Shown here: piece after piece, positions 47,819 through 58,806 of the stretch
Layout: each line of letters opens with the position of its first letter
Numbering within the stretch: the stretch's first letter is position 1
IMG/VR virus record: IMGVR_UViG_3300028833_000012
Length of the DNA: 64,000 bases
Origin: an uncultured virus (IMG/VR IMGVR_UViG_3300028833_000012)
Taxonomy: Duplodnaviria; Heunggongvirae; Uroviricota; Caudoviricetes
Direction: 5' to 3' (one strand)
Program-made: the position numbers and the translations under genes
Notes under the pieces: generated by a model
The model's database searches: none
Seen by the model: only the letters and a program-made list of their open reading frames with translations
What the model was told of the DNA's origin: nothing

Positions 47819-48267
47819 ATGCTTAACCAAGGCATGATGACATCCAACACGGACGAATGGGAGACGCCTCAATGGCTGTTCGACCAGTTGAACGCTGAGT
47901 TTCACTTCACACTTGACCCGTGCAGCACAGACGAAAATGCTAAGTGTGAAAAGCACTACACCCGAAAAGATGATGGCCTCACAAAAGACTGGTCGGGTGA
48001 GGTTGTCTGGTGCAATCCTCCATACGGAAAGCAGCTTCCGTTGTGGGTGGAAAAGTGCGCAAAACACGCAGCCGGGGGGGTACAGCGGTAATGCTTATCC
48101 CAGCCAGGACAGATACCATGGCGTTTCACAAGTGGATATACGGCAAGGCCGAAGTACGGTTCCTTCAAGGGCGGCTCCGGTTCGGCGATGCTAAGAATAA
48201 TGCACCGTTTCCAAGCATGATAGTTATCTTCAGGGAGGGATATGATGGCAAAGGTTTGGTGCAATGA
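47819..48267 (+). pseudogene. phage Dam-family adenine methyltransferase split by a frameshift at a G7 tract
   Basis: Frame 1: DEWETP...TLDPC...DGL...WCNPPY; frame 2: VMLIPARTDT...RFLQGRLRF...APFPSM; junction GGGGGGG at 48074-48080. Confidence 0.85.
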
Positions 48268-48495
48268 CACCGACTGCTGGTACAACAACGGCAGGAAGTG
48301 CAAAGCGAAAGAGATCGCCGTGTTTGACGGCGAGTGCATCAGTTGCCGGTACGGCAAGCCTGAGAAGGGCGACAAGCGACTCAGCCGTGACGCGGAGCAG
48401 GTCCGCAAAGACCGGGAGGCCAAGCGCGTGTCGAGCAAGATCATGAAGGACATGCTGGAGCGGATGAACGGGGAACTGAAGGGGGACAAGAAATC

Positions 48496-48828
48496 GTGAC
48501 ACTGAACGAGTACCAGCACTTGGCGGCACGGACCATCCGGACGGAGATGGGGTCTGACGCCATGATGAACCACGCCCTGCACGGGATGGTATCGGAGGTC
48601 GGCGAACTGCACGGCCTGCACCAGAAGGTATACCAGGGCCATCCGATGGACGAGGAACACGCGAAGAAGGAAGTCGGTGACGCTCTCTGGTTTATCGCTG
48701 AATACTGCACCGCGCACGGGTGGGAACTGAACGAGGTCGGACAGATGAACATCGACAAGCTGAAGGCACGGTTTCCTGACGGATTCTCTGAGGAGCGCAG
48801 TCTGCACCGGGCGGAGGGGGACGTATGA
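48496..48828 (+). CDS. MazG-like nucleotide pyrophosphohydrolase
   Basis: LNEYQ..A.RT...SEVGE...KEVGDALWFIA...NIDKLKARFP. Confidence 0.88.
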   Translation: MTLNEYQHLAARTIRTEMGSDAMMNHALHGMVSEVGELHGLHQKVYQGHPMDEEHAKKEVGDALWFIAEYCTAHGWELNEVGQMNIDKLKARFPDGFSEERSLHRAEGDV

Positions 48829-49451
48829 TCGAGATTGAAACGCTGAAAGTGAGTGGCTTCGGTCCGGCCTTGGTCGGAATGCGAAACCCGCTGGACAGTT
48901 GGTCCAAGAGCGACACAGTAAACGCCAATACGGACAACGCCATCCAGATCGGCGATGCCGACAAGGATCTGTCCATCCGCCTCCAGAAGGCCGGTCCGGA
49001 ACACTGCAAGCATCTGCGGATGGTGACAGTCTACGCCGACATCACCGCGCCGCTGTACTGGTACAAAGAGGCTGACACTTACAGGGCCGGGGTTGAGAAG
49101 GTGAGCTGCTCAACCATGCACACCATCACCAAGAAGCCGTTCGACATCACGATGTTCAGCCATGAGCACCTGACGGTCCGGTCAACCAACAGCCTGCAAA
49201 TGACCATCGACACGCTGAACGACTACCGGACGTCCTATCTCAACGCGGACAGCGCAGAGGACAAGAAACTGTTCTGGTGGCAGCTGATCCAACTGCTCCC
49301 GACAAGTTTCAACCAGCGTCGAACCTACATGTTCAGCTACGCCGCGCTTCGGAACATTTACCGCCAGCGTGAAGGGCACAAACTGGATGAGTGGCACAGA
49401 TTCCGGGATTGGTGCGAGTCTCTTCCGGAAGCCTGGATGATTACAGAATGA
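48825..49451 (+). CDS. phage protein, possibly distant ThyX-like fold
   Basis: GMRNP, ITAPLYWYKE.DTY, SCSTMH, QREGHKLDEW. Confidence 0.5.
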   Translation: MIEIETLKVSGFGPALVGMRNPLDSWSKSDTVNANTDNAIQIGDADKDLSIRLQKAGPEHCKHLRMVTVYADITAPLYWYKEADTYRAGVEKVSCSTMHTITKKPFDITMFSHEHLTVRSTNSLQMTIDTLNDYRTSYLNADSAEDKKLFWWQLIQLLPTSFNQRRTYMFSYAALRNIYRQREGHKLDEWHRFRDWCESLPEAWMITE

Positions 49452-49731
49452 CACGGCCCGGATTAAGCGCCGACAGAGAGCGAGCATCCTGGGAGAATGA
49501 CAGACTATTCCGGCGCGGCCACGCCCGCATGGGGGATATGTGACTTTCGACATCGCCGCCGGGCTCGGCACCAGAGGGTCGTTTGAAGGACTCAACAAGG
49601 CTTTGATTGTCGGCCTGTTCCCGTTTTGCTACCTCTGGCCCGCCGCAAAGCCCGACCGTGCGCCGCGCATCTTATCTTTGAGATCGCGAAGAAAAGTTTG
49701 CGATAGCGAACAAAAACAGGAGGAGAACATC

Positions 49732-50406
49732 ATGAAAGAAATCCCGTACATCGAGCCGAGAATGCTGAAACTGACCCAGATCGACGAGTTCCACTACGCG
49801 AAGGTCGTGGACGTGGAGCGGCTGCTTCACGACATGCGGAAGGAAATCTACGACAACGCGGAGTACGAACTGAACGAGGACGGCACGAAGAAGTGGCACC
49901 TTACCGAGGCGGAGAGTGCCGTCATCAATGCGCTGTTCTTCGTCGGCTCCTGCGTCCGCAAGCAGCTGATGGTCACCTGCGAGACCCCGGACGAAATCCG
50001 CGCGATGCACGAGCGCATCCGCAACATGTACTACGCCGGGAAATACTACCTCAGCGAAAAGAGCGAGGACGAGAACGGCAAACCGACGCTGATCTACTTC
50101 CGCAAGTACTGCCCCGGCCTGATGGCGTCGCGGCTGAAGGAAGAGGGCAAGACCGAGGAGGAAATCGAGGAGGCCATCACCGAGCATCAGGGCGACCCGG
50201 CATTCACCGATGTCAGCAAGTACGCGATGCTGTTCGAGAGCCTGGAAGAGGCTGAGAGCCACAAGACCTACCTCAACCACAACTTCAAGACCCATCTGGA
50301 AGTGCATCCGGCCTTCCTGCTCAACGGAAAGCGCTGCCGGCAGATGCTCGACACGCTGCTGAAAGGCGGTGCGGCAGATGGGGAAGCTGAACGGCAGGAA
50401 GATTGA
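49732..50406 (+). CDS. hypothetical protein
   Basis: AGGAG RBS; biased codons. Confidence 0.6.
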   Translation: MKEIPYIEPRMLKLTQIDEFHYAKVVDVERLLHDMRKEIYDNAEYELNEDGTKKWHLTEAESAVINALFFVGSCVRKQLMVTCETPDEIRAMHERIRNMYYAGKYYLSEKSEDENGKPTLIYFRKYCPGLMASRLKEEGKTEEEIEEAITEHQGDPAFTDVSKYAMLFESLEEAESHKTYLNHNFKTHLEVHPAFLLNGKRCRQMLDTLLKGGAADGEAERQED

Positions 50407-52654
50407 GGCGATGTACAGCAAGTTTGGTCCCGGCCCGGAAGGAGCTAACTGCCGCACTTGCGATAACTGCATCCGTTACATTCCGACCGACCACCACTAC
50501 TGGAAATGCACGCAATACGGCGTGACCAGCGGCGAAAGCACCGACTGGCGTTTGAGCTGGCCCGCGTGCGGGTGCTACAACCGCGAGAGCGGCGAAAGGC
50601 CCGTGATCGAGCAGCTGAAGCACACGCCACGCGCTGTCCTGACCCGGACGGAGTGCGAGGGGCAGACAACCATGTTTTGAAGGCCATTAGGGCACCAAAT
50701 GAAAGGTGCGGCGGATTCAGAGGCCCGGCAAATGACCGGACACCGCGTGATCCGCAGGGCGGGACTGGCCATCCCATTGTACAGCGCATGGCGGGGGCGC
50801 TGAACCGGTTGCGAATTGTCACCAGTTCAACGAAGGAGGAACAGACGAAATGACTGAGCCGCTGTACGATTTGACCGTGAATTTCAAAAACCTGACGGAC
50901 GAGGGTGCGCGTGGTTTGGCGCTTTGGATCGTCTCGTCACCTGAGACGGCGCATATGGTCTACTGGATGAGCAAGGCAGAGGCGGAGGATGACGGCGAAA
51001 CGGAGCGGACAGGGCATTGGACGGAACCAGAGCCGGGATTTTACGAATGTAGCGCATGCCGAAACACGCAGATTGACAAAACGGATTTTTGCCCAGACTG
51101 CGGGGCGCGGATGGAGGTTGAGCGTGATGAGGTATGAGCGTGGCAACGTGGTTGTTGCCATTGAGACGATTGATGGATTCGGGAAAAACCCCGGCCTGTA
51201 TATCGGCACAAACGTTCCAAACACGGTGTGGAAAGTTGCGAGCTTCAGAAGTGCGGACAAAGCACAGACGTTTTGCAAATGGTTGGAGTACATAATGGGT
51301 ATGATGGAGGAAGAGCCGGAGGAGGTGAGCGGGGATGAGGCCGATAGACGCTGATGAGCTGCTTGCCAGAATGCGAGAGCGTTGCGATTCGTGCCAGCAC
51401 AGCGGCAATCGCGAGCATTGCCTCAATCTGTGCGAGTGGCGCGAGGCAATGGACGAGGTGGACGATATGCCGGAGATCGAGGCCAATGTGACCGCAACCG
51501 GCAACGGCGTGGCCATCGGCACGGTGCGCGGCGGGCTGGTGATCCAGCGGGCGAAAGAGATCACAAACATCAAGGACGTGGGGGTGTTCTACGGGTGAGC
51601 GAGGACCTGACGAAGCAGGGCTACAGTACGTTGCTTCTTGGGAGTGCATTAACTGCGGGAAAATCGTTACGGAAAAAACAGCGTATTGCCCAGGATGCGG
51701 GACGCGGATGGAGAGTGGGCAATGAGGACGCTCTACAAGCGGATTGCCGATTGGCGCGGCACGGACTTCAAGCATAAGCCGAAATCATGGCGCGAATGGA
51801 AACAGGAGCAGACGCGGCGGTTCAGGCGGAAGGACAAGCAGGCAGTGAAAGACGAGGAAAAGATGAACGGAGGCGGTCGGGATGACTGATATTAGAGCAT
51901 TGCGGCATGCACTGAAACCCGCAATCGACACATCCTTTCGCAATAACCTTGGGGATGTGAAAATCCCTGCAGGTTTAGCAATGCAGATCGACGATGCGCT
52001 CCGGGAGCAGGAGCCTGTGAAGCCCGAGTTTGATTCACTCGATGGAAATGTTGGGAGATGGCGTTGCGGCAATTGTCAAGTTAGCTTGGGAGCCGTTCGT
52101 CCACCATACTGCTGGCATTGCGGAAGGAAGGTGAAGTGGGAATGAATGAGCACGACAAGGTAGTATTATGGCTAAGCAGTTTTTTGAAAAACACTGAGCC
52201 TTTGGTGTTAGTTCCGAAGCATCTAATTAAACTAATATACGGCGAGTTGACAAAACAAGAAAAAATCGAACCGATTATAGGTCAGAGGGAGTCAGATTTC
52301 CGCTCCGAAATTGTAGATGTCCCCTTGTGCGGGAATTGCAGACATGAACTGGATAGATATGAACTGGGTCATGGTTGGCAGTATTGCCCACAGTGCGGAA
52401 AGGCGGTGAAGTGGGATTGACTAACCAAGAAGCAATTGAGATTCTGAAAGCAAATTATCCCACATCAAACTATTCAGAACTTCGTGAGGCTGTAGATATG
52501 GTTCTCACACTTCTTCAGAAGCAGGAGCCTGTGAAGCCAGAACTGCGTATGAGTAGGCACGGATTTAGACAATGGGTTGTATGCGGAAATTGCTATGGAA
52601 AGATAGATGGCGGAGACGACTATTGCCGCCATTGTGGAAGGAAAGTGGTATGGA

Positions 52655-52951
52655 ATGAATAAAAAGATGACGATTGAAGAAACTATCAATGGACTTCAAA
52701 GCATGATTCAAAGCAAAAAGTTTATTGAACATGATTTTAATGGAGTTGTAGATGAAGATGTTTGTGAACGTGCCATTGAACTGCTGAAAGAGCAGGAAGC
52801 CGTTAAGCCGCATCTAGATGTAGATGAATAGAAGTGCGGGAACTGCGGTCACAGTTTGGAACATCAGGAAATGCTCGGTGACAATGTGCTGTTCCATGAA
52901 TAGTACAATTACTGCCCGAATTGCGGGAGGATGGTGAAGTGGGATGCCTAG
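52655..52951 (+). pseudogene. zinc-ribbon ORF interrupted by two in-frame TAG codons
   Basis: EQEAVKPHLDVDE*KCGNCG...HE*YNYCPNCGRMVKWDA*; TAG at 52829 and 52901. Confidence 0.7.
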
Positions 52952-55255
52952 ACTGATTGATGGAGACAGGCTTATTGACTGGCTTCGCATAGTACCGCTT
53001 GAAAACGGGATGATTGACCCGGATGAGGTCGTAGACCATATTCGCGAAATGCAGATTATAAGGCCCGACCCGCCGAAGGAGGAAGAAAAATGAAATATAA
53101 CATCAAGGTCGGAGAAAAATATCTGGTTGGGGAAAACATACACGAAACATTAAATGGAACTGTAACAGGTGACACAACGGCAGTGTATAGCAGATTTGTA
53201 GGAGAAATGAGCGCGTATGATTTTTGTGAAACGGCAGACGAAGCGTCTTGCTTTGATCGAGTAACGGCATGTGATTATGTCCGCGGAATTATGGAGCGCC
53301 AGAACTACGGATTTTATCTTGGAGATATAAAATTGTTTGATGCCGAACACGAGGAAACGATTGTCCATTGCAAACACGAGGAAAATGCAAATGTTATTGC
53401 AAGAATCCTTGATATGGATGAAAAAGATACTTTCCTCGTTGAAGAAGAGATTTTTGGTAAAGACGCTGCAAACGAGCCCCCGAAGGAGGAAACGCCATGA
53501 CAATCGACTGCATTATCTGGGCCGTGACTGGCGTCTACGTGGGCGTGATCATTGGAATGTTTATAATGCTGTGCAAGATCGAGCGGGACCTTGACAGTAT
53601 GTACGACACAGCCTTCGACAGCGGCGTGGCATATGAGAAGGAAACACAGCAGATCGCGGAGCTGATCAGGGAGAATGAACCGGGGGTGATAAAGGATGCC
53701 GATGTACGCAATGACCGTATCCAGCGAGCAGGCACGGGCGATTGACAAGGCGGTGGAGCTGCTCCTGCGGCTGAAAATCGGGCAGTTTGACGTCCTGCCG
53801 CAGAACCTGATGGTGCTCGGATCAGAGGGCTACTGCGAGCACCGGGACGCGGCGAAACCGTATCTCGACAAGCTGGAGCAGGTGTTCTCGACATACTATC
53901 ACAAAGACGATGAATGGCATAGGCTCTACGATCTTCATCAGGTGATCCGCAAGGCGATCCATGACGCGGAGCACCCGGAGACCGTGGGCGTGGACAGTTA
54001 TCCGGTGGTGTGCACAGCCGGGGAGAAGATGGCGAGGATGGAGGTTTTGAAAAATGAGTGATATAAGCGACCTGATTCAGCGACTCGAATACAGGTTACG
54101 GTTCAAAACAGCGGATGGAGCAGCCTGCGTAATAGCGACTGACATGCTACAAGAAACGATTGAATTATTGCGCAAACAGGTTCCGCGAGAGCTAACAAAA
54201 ACAGAGTGGGAAACGTGGAAGAAAACTAAGAATCGCGACCCGATCTGCATGATTTGGGAAGGAGACACGACACCGATTTGGGTGCTGAATCCGGAAGAAA
54301 TTCATGAGCCGGCCTATCTGATGGGGCAACTTAGGCTATTCAACGGGAGGCCGTGCCGTGAGTAAAAAGTCCCGTGTTACAAAACAGTTTATTAACCACC
54401 TATTTGGTCTGTATCGTGTCCATCGAATCCCGGTTTATGTGCATTACCATCACGATTTTCTCGTAACGGACGAAGGCGATACATCGTATGGGCTGTTCTG
54501 CTATGGAGATGGGATGCCGGAGTGTATTCACGTTGCCGCTGGGAAAACCGGATTGTTTCACACGCTGACGACGGTAGCGCACGAATTTTGCCACTATCTG
54601 CAATGGCTGCACGGGAGAGATATGTCTGACGGACAAATTGAAATCGACGCCATGTATTACGAAGGCCCAATGGTTGGTGCATGGTATATCAACAAAAAAA
54701 GCAAAAACGAGCACTGCTATGGCGCTCCGCCGGTATGGGAACCGCATGTGGAGGTGATGGACGATGCCGCCGAAGCTGAATGACGGCGGGTTTGTGCCGT
54801 ATGAACTGCTTTTCCCAGGCGGAAGACCCGTGACCATCGGGACGGCAGAACTGCCGCCGGAACCGGGATGGGAACCGCCGGACTTAGGGTTACACGGATT
54901 CAGCGCGGACGTCCCGTTATCGCGGGCACAGACGAAGCGACTGATTAAGGCTTTTAACGCCGCTGTGAATGGGCATAACCGGACGATTCGGTACGCAAAG
55001 AGACGGCGCGAAAAAGAGCGCAGACGGAGGTTAAAGGAATGCCACTGACTAAGATCGGGACGTGCGCATGGTGCGAGAAACACAAAACAGTTGTTCGGTT
55101 TGCTGTGTATGTTGTGGATGGGCGCTATCATGCGTCCTACCTGTGCAAGCAATGTCTCGACACGTTGAAGTGGGAGATCAGGAAGGGCATCCGGTGTGAT
55201 GCGCCCGTTGTTACGGCAGACAGCATCGACACTTTGGCAACAGATAACACGGGTG

Positions 55256-55370
55256 CATTCAGAAGCGCAAGGCGGCGAAGCGGAACAGATGCAAAGCACA
55301 CCGAAACGCATTCAGAAACGCGCAAAGTCCATTCAGAGTCCATTCAGAAACATTCAGAAACATTCAGAAA
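55256..55370 (+). repeat. CATTCAGA(A) repeats
   Basis: Copies at 55256, 55309, 55330, 55341, 55351, 55361. Confidence 0.85.
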
Positions 55371-55387
55371 CAGAGGAGACCAACACA

Positions 55388-56476
55388 ATGAAATGCAAGG
55401 TTCAGACCAATGACATCGCGGCGGCGCTGGCTGTTGTCACGCGGGCCATCAGCACGAAAGCCATCAACCCGATCCAGACTTGCGTCCTGCTTGAAGCGGA
55501 AGACAACGGGCTGACGCTGACCGGATCTGGCGGAGCAATGAGCATCCGGATGAGCATCCCGGCAATGGTCTCGGAGAACGGCAGCGTGTCGGTAGACGGC
55601 GGCATGCTGGCGGCGCTGGCCCGGAAACTTCCGGCGGCGGATACCAACATGGAGACATCCGGCGGCACGCTCCGCATCCGGAGCGGTTCGTCCCGCACCA
55701 ATCTGGCCGCACACAGCGGCGATGAGTATCCGCCAGCCATCACCGCCAAGGGCGGCACCGAAGCGACCGTGAAGAGCGGAACCCTCAAGCGCAGTATCTC
55801 GCAAGTGATCTACTGCGTGGCGCAGGATGAGGCGAGGCAGATCCTGACCGGCATCCTGATGGACGCATCCGGCGAGGGTATCAAGATGGTCGCGCTCGAC
55901 GGCTTCCGGATGGCGGAGGCCGTGACGGACGGTTTCTTCAGCGAGTGCCGCGCCGTGGTGCCCGGAGCCAGCGCCAAGGAGCTGGAGCGCATCCTCCCGG
56001 ACACAGACGAGGACGTGAAGGTGACCGTCGGCGGCGGCAGGATGACGGCAGACTGCGGCGGTGTGGTGTTCTCGACTACGCTGCTCGCCGGTGACTACAT
56101 CGACTACGCAAAACTGATCCCGGCGGACTTCGCCACCCGGACGATGGCGGACCGGGACGCTCTGCTCCGCGCCATCGACCGCGCCGAACTGATGGCACGC
56201 AACGCACACAACAACCTGGTGCAGCTGACCGTGTCGGATGAGGCCGTCAGCATCACGGCGCGTTCCGAGGTCGCCGACACCGAGGAGACCGTGGCCTGCC
56301 AGACCAGCGGAAAGGGCCTGACCATCGCATTCAATGTCAAGTATCTGGCCGATGCCATCAAGGCGATGGAGGGCGACGAGATCGAGATCTGCTTCAACAC
56401 GTCCACGTCCCCGGCGGTGCTCCGCTGTCCCGGACAGGGCGCGATGAGCCTGATCCTGCCTGTACGGGTGGCATGA
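55388..56476 (+). CDS. dnaN: DNA polymerase III beta sliding clamp
   Basis: 362 aa; RQILTG, MVALDGFRMA, GDYIDYAKLIP, IAFNVKYLADA, LILPVR. Confidence 0.93.
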   Translation: MKCKVQTNDIAAALAVVTRAISTKAINPIQTCVLLEAEDNGLTLTGSGGAMSIRMSIPAMVSENGSVSVDGGMLAALARKLPAADTNMETSGGTLRIRSGSSRTNLAAHSGDEYPPAITAKGGTEATVKSGTLKRSISQVIYCVAQDEARQILTGILMDASGEGIKMVALDGFRMAEAVTDGFFSECRAVVPGASAKELERILPDTDEDVKVTVGGGRMTADCGGVVFSTTLLAGDYIDYAKLIPADFATRTMADRDALLRAIDRAELMARNAHNNLVQLTVSDEAVSITARSEVADTEETVACQTSGKGLTIAFNVKYLADAIKAMEGDEIEICFNTSTSPAVLRCPGQGAMSLILPVRVA

Positions 56477-56505
56477 CGCATGACGCGGAAAGGGGGTGAT
56501 GAAAT

Positions 56506-58425
56506 GTGAGCGGAAAGCAAGACGTGCCGACAGAAGTCCAGCAGGCAAAGCCGCTCGTCCCGCAATGGACGCTGGAAGACTTCATGAGCGAGAAGCCCTA
56601 CGCCTATCTCTACGCCTACAAGGACAAGAAGTTTCTGCTCCAGCAGATGCTCAACCGTGCGCAGGCGCAGGCTAAAGCGCTGAAATTCTCCGGTTTCATG
56701 CGGATGTGGAACAGCTATGTCGAGGCGAACAGTCCAAAGCAGACCATCCTCGGCGACTACCAGACCATGTTCCCGGAACAGCCGCTCCAGTTGCGCTCCG
56801 GCCACTACAACTGCGACGAGTTTGGCGTGTCCTACACCGGACGTATGGGCGAGTCCGTCACGGTGTGCTCCCATCCGATCATGCCGGTCATGCGCGTGGT
56901 CAATCTCGACAGCAAGGAGGAGAAAATGCAGATCGCCTTCCGGCGCGGGAGCAAGCAGAAGGAGTGGAGCACCCCCATCATCTCCAAGGACGTGCTGGCC
57001 AGCAGCCAGAAGATCATCAGCCTTGCCAGACAGGGCGTGGCCGTCAACAGCGAGAACGCCAAGGACCTCGTCAGCTACTTGACCGACATGGAGAGCATGA
57101 ACTACGACGAGATCCCGACACAGAACAGCACCGGCCACCTCGGCTGGCTCCCTGATGGACAGTTCTCTCCGTACTGTGAAGGCGTGGTCTACGACGGCGA
57201 CAATCCGGAATTCAAGCGCATCTTCGACGGCTTCCGCGAGACCGGCAGCGAGAGCGTCTGGATGGGCATTGCCAAGGCCACCCGGAGCGGGAAGAGCGTC
57301 CCGGCACGGCTGGCCCTGGCGGCGTCCTTCGCGGCCCCGCTGGTCAGCATCCTCAACGCCCTGCCGTTCTTCGTCCACATCTGGGGTACACAGGGCTGCG
57401 GCAAAACTGTCGGCCTGATGCTGGCGGCAAGCGTCTGGGGCAACCCGGAAGTCGGCAAGTACATCAAGACGTTCGGCGGTACCAAGGTCAGTCAGGAATT
57501 GTACGCATCATTCTGCGGGAACGTGCCGATCATCCTCGACGAGCTGCAAATCATGGCAGACCGCAAGTCTTTTGACGACATCATCTACATGCTCTGCGAG
57601 GGCGTGAGCAAGGGTCGCGGTGCGAAAGACGGAGGACTCCAGTTACAGCGGCATTGGTCGAGCACCATCATCACGTCCGCAGAAATGCCCATCGTGCAGA
57701 GCAACAGCGGCGGCGGCGCGGCCGTCCGGACCATCGAAGTCAACTACGGCGGAGAACCGCTCTTTGAGGACAGCCGGACCGTGGCGGAAACCCTCAAGCA
57801 GAACTACGGTTTCGCGGGCCGCAAGTTCATCGAGTCGCTCAAGGATCCGGAAACACTTCAAGCGCTCCGGGACATTCAGAAGCGGTACTACAGCCAGCTC
57901 TCCGGCGAGATTCAGGACAAGCAGGTGCTGGCCGCGTCCATCCTTCTGGCTGCCGACAAACTGGCTGATGCCGCCCTGTTCCATGACGGCAAGGCGCTGA
58001 CGGTCGAAGAGATCAAGCCCTACCTGATCACGCGCGACCAGGCCGATGTCAACGTGCGGGCCTACAACTGGCTGTGCGGCTACATCGCCGGTAATCCACG
58101 CCGGTTCGACGCCAACGAGGAAAACCCCGGCGAGGTCTGGGGCGTGATCGAGAGCGGCATCTGCTATTTCAACCGCACTTTCTTCGACCGCGTGATGCAC
58201 GCAGAAGCCTTCTCACCGTCCAGTTTCCTGACATGGGCCGACCGCAACGGCAAGATCATCCGGGAGTATTACGGTAAAAACAGTGGGAATAACCGGATGA
58301 CCGTTCGGAAAAAGGTCGGCGGCGCGAAGGTCGCCTGCGTGGCACTCCTCTTGCCGACCGACGATGATAAGGCACCAGTCCCGGTTATGATGACGCCTGT
58401 TCAGGATGACGATATGCCCTTCTAA
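56506..58425 (+). CDS. DUF927-domain replicative helicase/ATPase
   Basis: VCSHPIMP, HLGW, Walker A GTQGCGKT, ILDELQ, NYGFAG; acidic DDMPF tail. Confidence 0.85.
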   Translation: MSGKQDVPTEVQQAKPLVPQWTLEDFMSEKPYAYLYAYKDKKFLLQQMLNRAQAQAKALKFSGFMRMWNSYVEANSPKQTILGDYQTMFPEQPLQLRSGHYNCDEFGVSYTGRMGESVTVCSHPIMPVMRVVNLDSKEEKMQIAFRRGSKQKEWSTPIISKDVLASSQKIISLARQGVAVNSENAKDLVSYLTDMESMNYDEIPTQNSTGHLGWLPDGQFSPYCEGVVYDGDNPEFKRIFDGFRETGSESVWMGIAKATRSGKSVPARLALAASFAAPLVSILNALPFFVHIWGTQGCGKTVGLMLAASVWGNPEVGKYIKTFGGTKVSQELYASFCGNVPIILDELQIMADRKSFDDIIYMLCEGVSKGRGAKDGGLQLQRHWSSTIITSAEMPIVQSNSGGGAAVRTIEVNYGGEPLFEDSRTVAETLKQNYGFAGRKFIESLKDPETLQALRDIQKRYYSQLSGEIQDKQVLAASILLAADKLADAALFHDGKALTVEEIKPYLITRDQADVNVRAYNWLCGYIAGNPRRFDANEENPGEVWGVIESGICYFNRTFFDRVMHAEAFSPSSFLTWADRNGKIIREYYGKNSGNNRMTVRKKVGGAKVACVALLLPTDDDKAPVPVMMTPVQDDDMPF

Positions 58426-58461
58426 TTCTTGACGGTCTCACTCCGGGTACGCTCAAAACAG

Positions 58462-58720
58462 CAGCGTACACCGGAGTGTACACCCGCAAACCCGCATGGG
58501 CGTTGACTTTCAGAGGCCGATGCACGAAATGTACGTTTTGGCGGAAAAAATATAAACCTATACGCGCGAGAAAAAAATCACAACACCCCTACCCGGAATA
58601 AGGCAAGCGCGCTCGCGCGCGTAAGATGAATTTACTCGCAGAACGTACATTTCGTACACCAGGCCATCTAAACTCAGTCGTGGTGCGGGTTTCAACGGTG
58701 TACACTCGGTGTACGTTGTA
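58462..58720. repeat. long imperfect inverted repeat with GTACAC motifs (putative replication origin)
   Basis: CGTACACCGGAGTGTACACC..AAACCCGCA..CGAAATGTACGTT mirrored by AACGTACATTTCG..TGCGGGTTT..GGTGTACACTCGGTGTACG. Confidence 0.7.
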
Positions 58721-58806
58721 AGTAGCGGCGTACACCAGAACACCACAAAACGCCATCAAAACACCATCAACACACCATCAAAACCACCAGAAACGGAGGC
58801 GATATC

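Larger units (their letters stand above)
50378..55413 (+). other. run of short overlapping ORFs, many with CxxC...CxxCG zinc-ribbon C-termini
   Basis: ORFs near 50378, 50850, 51335, 51882, 52142, 52418, 52655, 53090, 53497, 53696, 54054, 54358 (HEFCH zincin motif), 54764, 55039. Confidence 0.65.

Noticed and set aside
11764..52951. Genome-wide TAG recoding
   Set aside because: Long genes are uninterrupted in code 11, TAG terminates several genes normally, and no suppressor tRNA is seen
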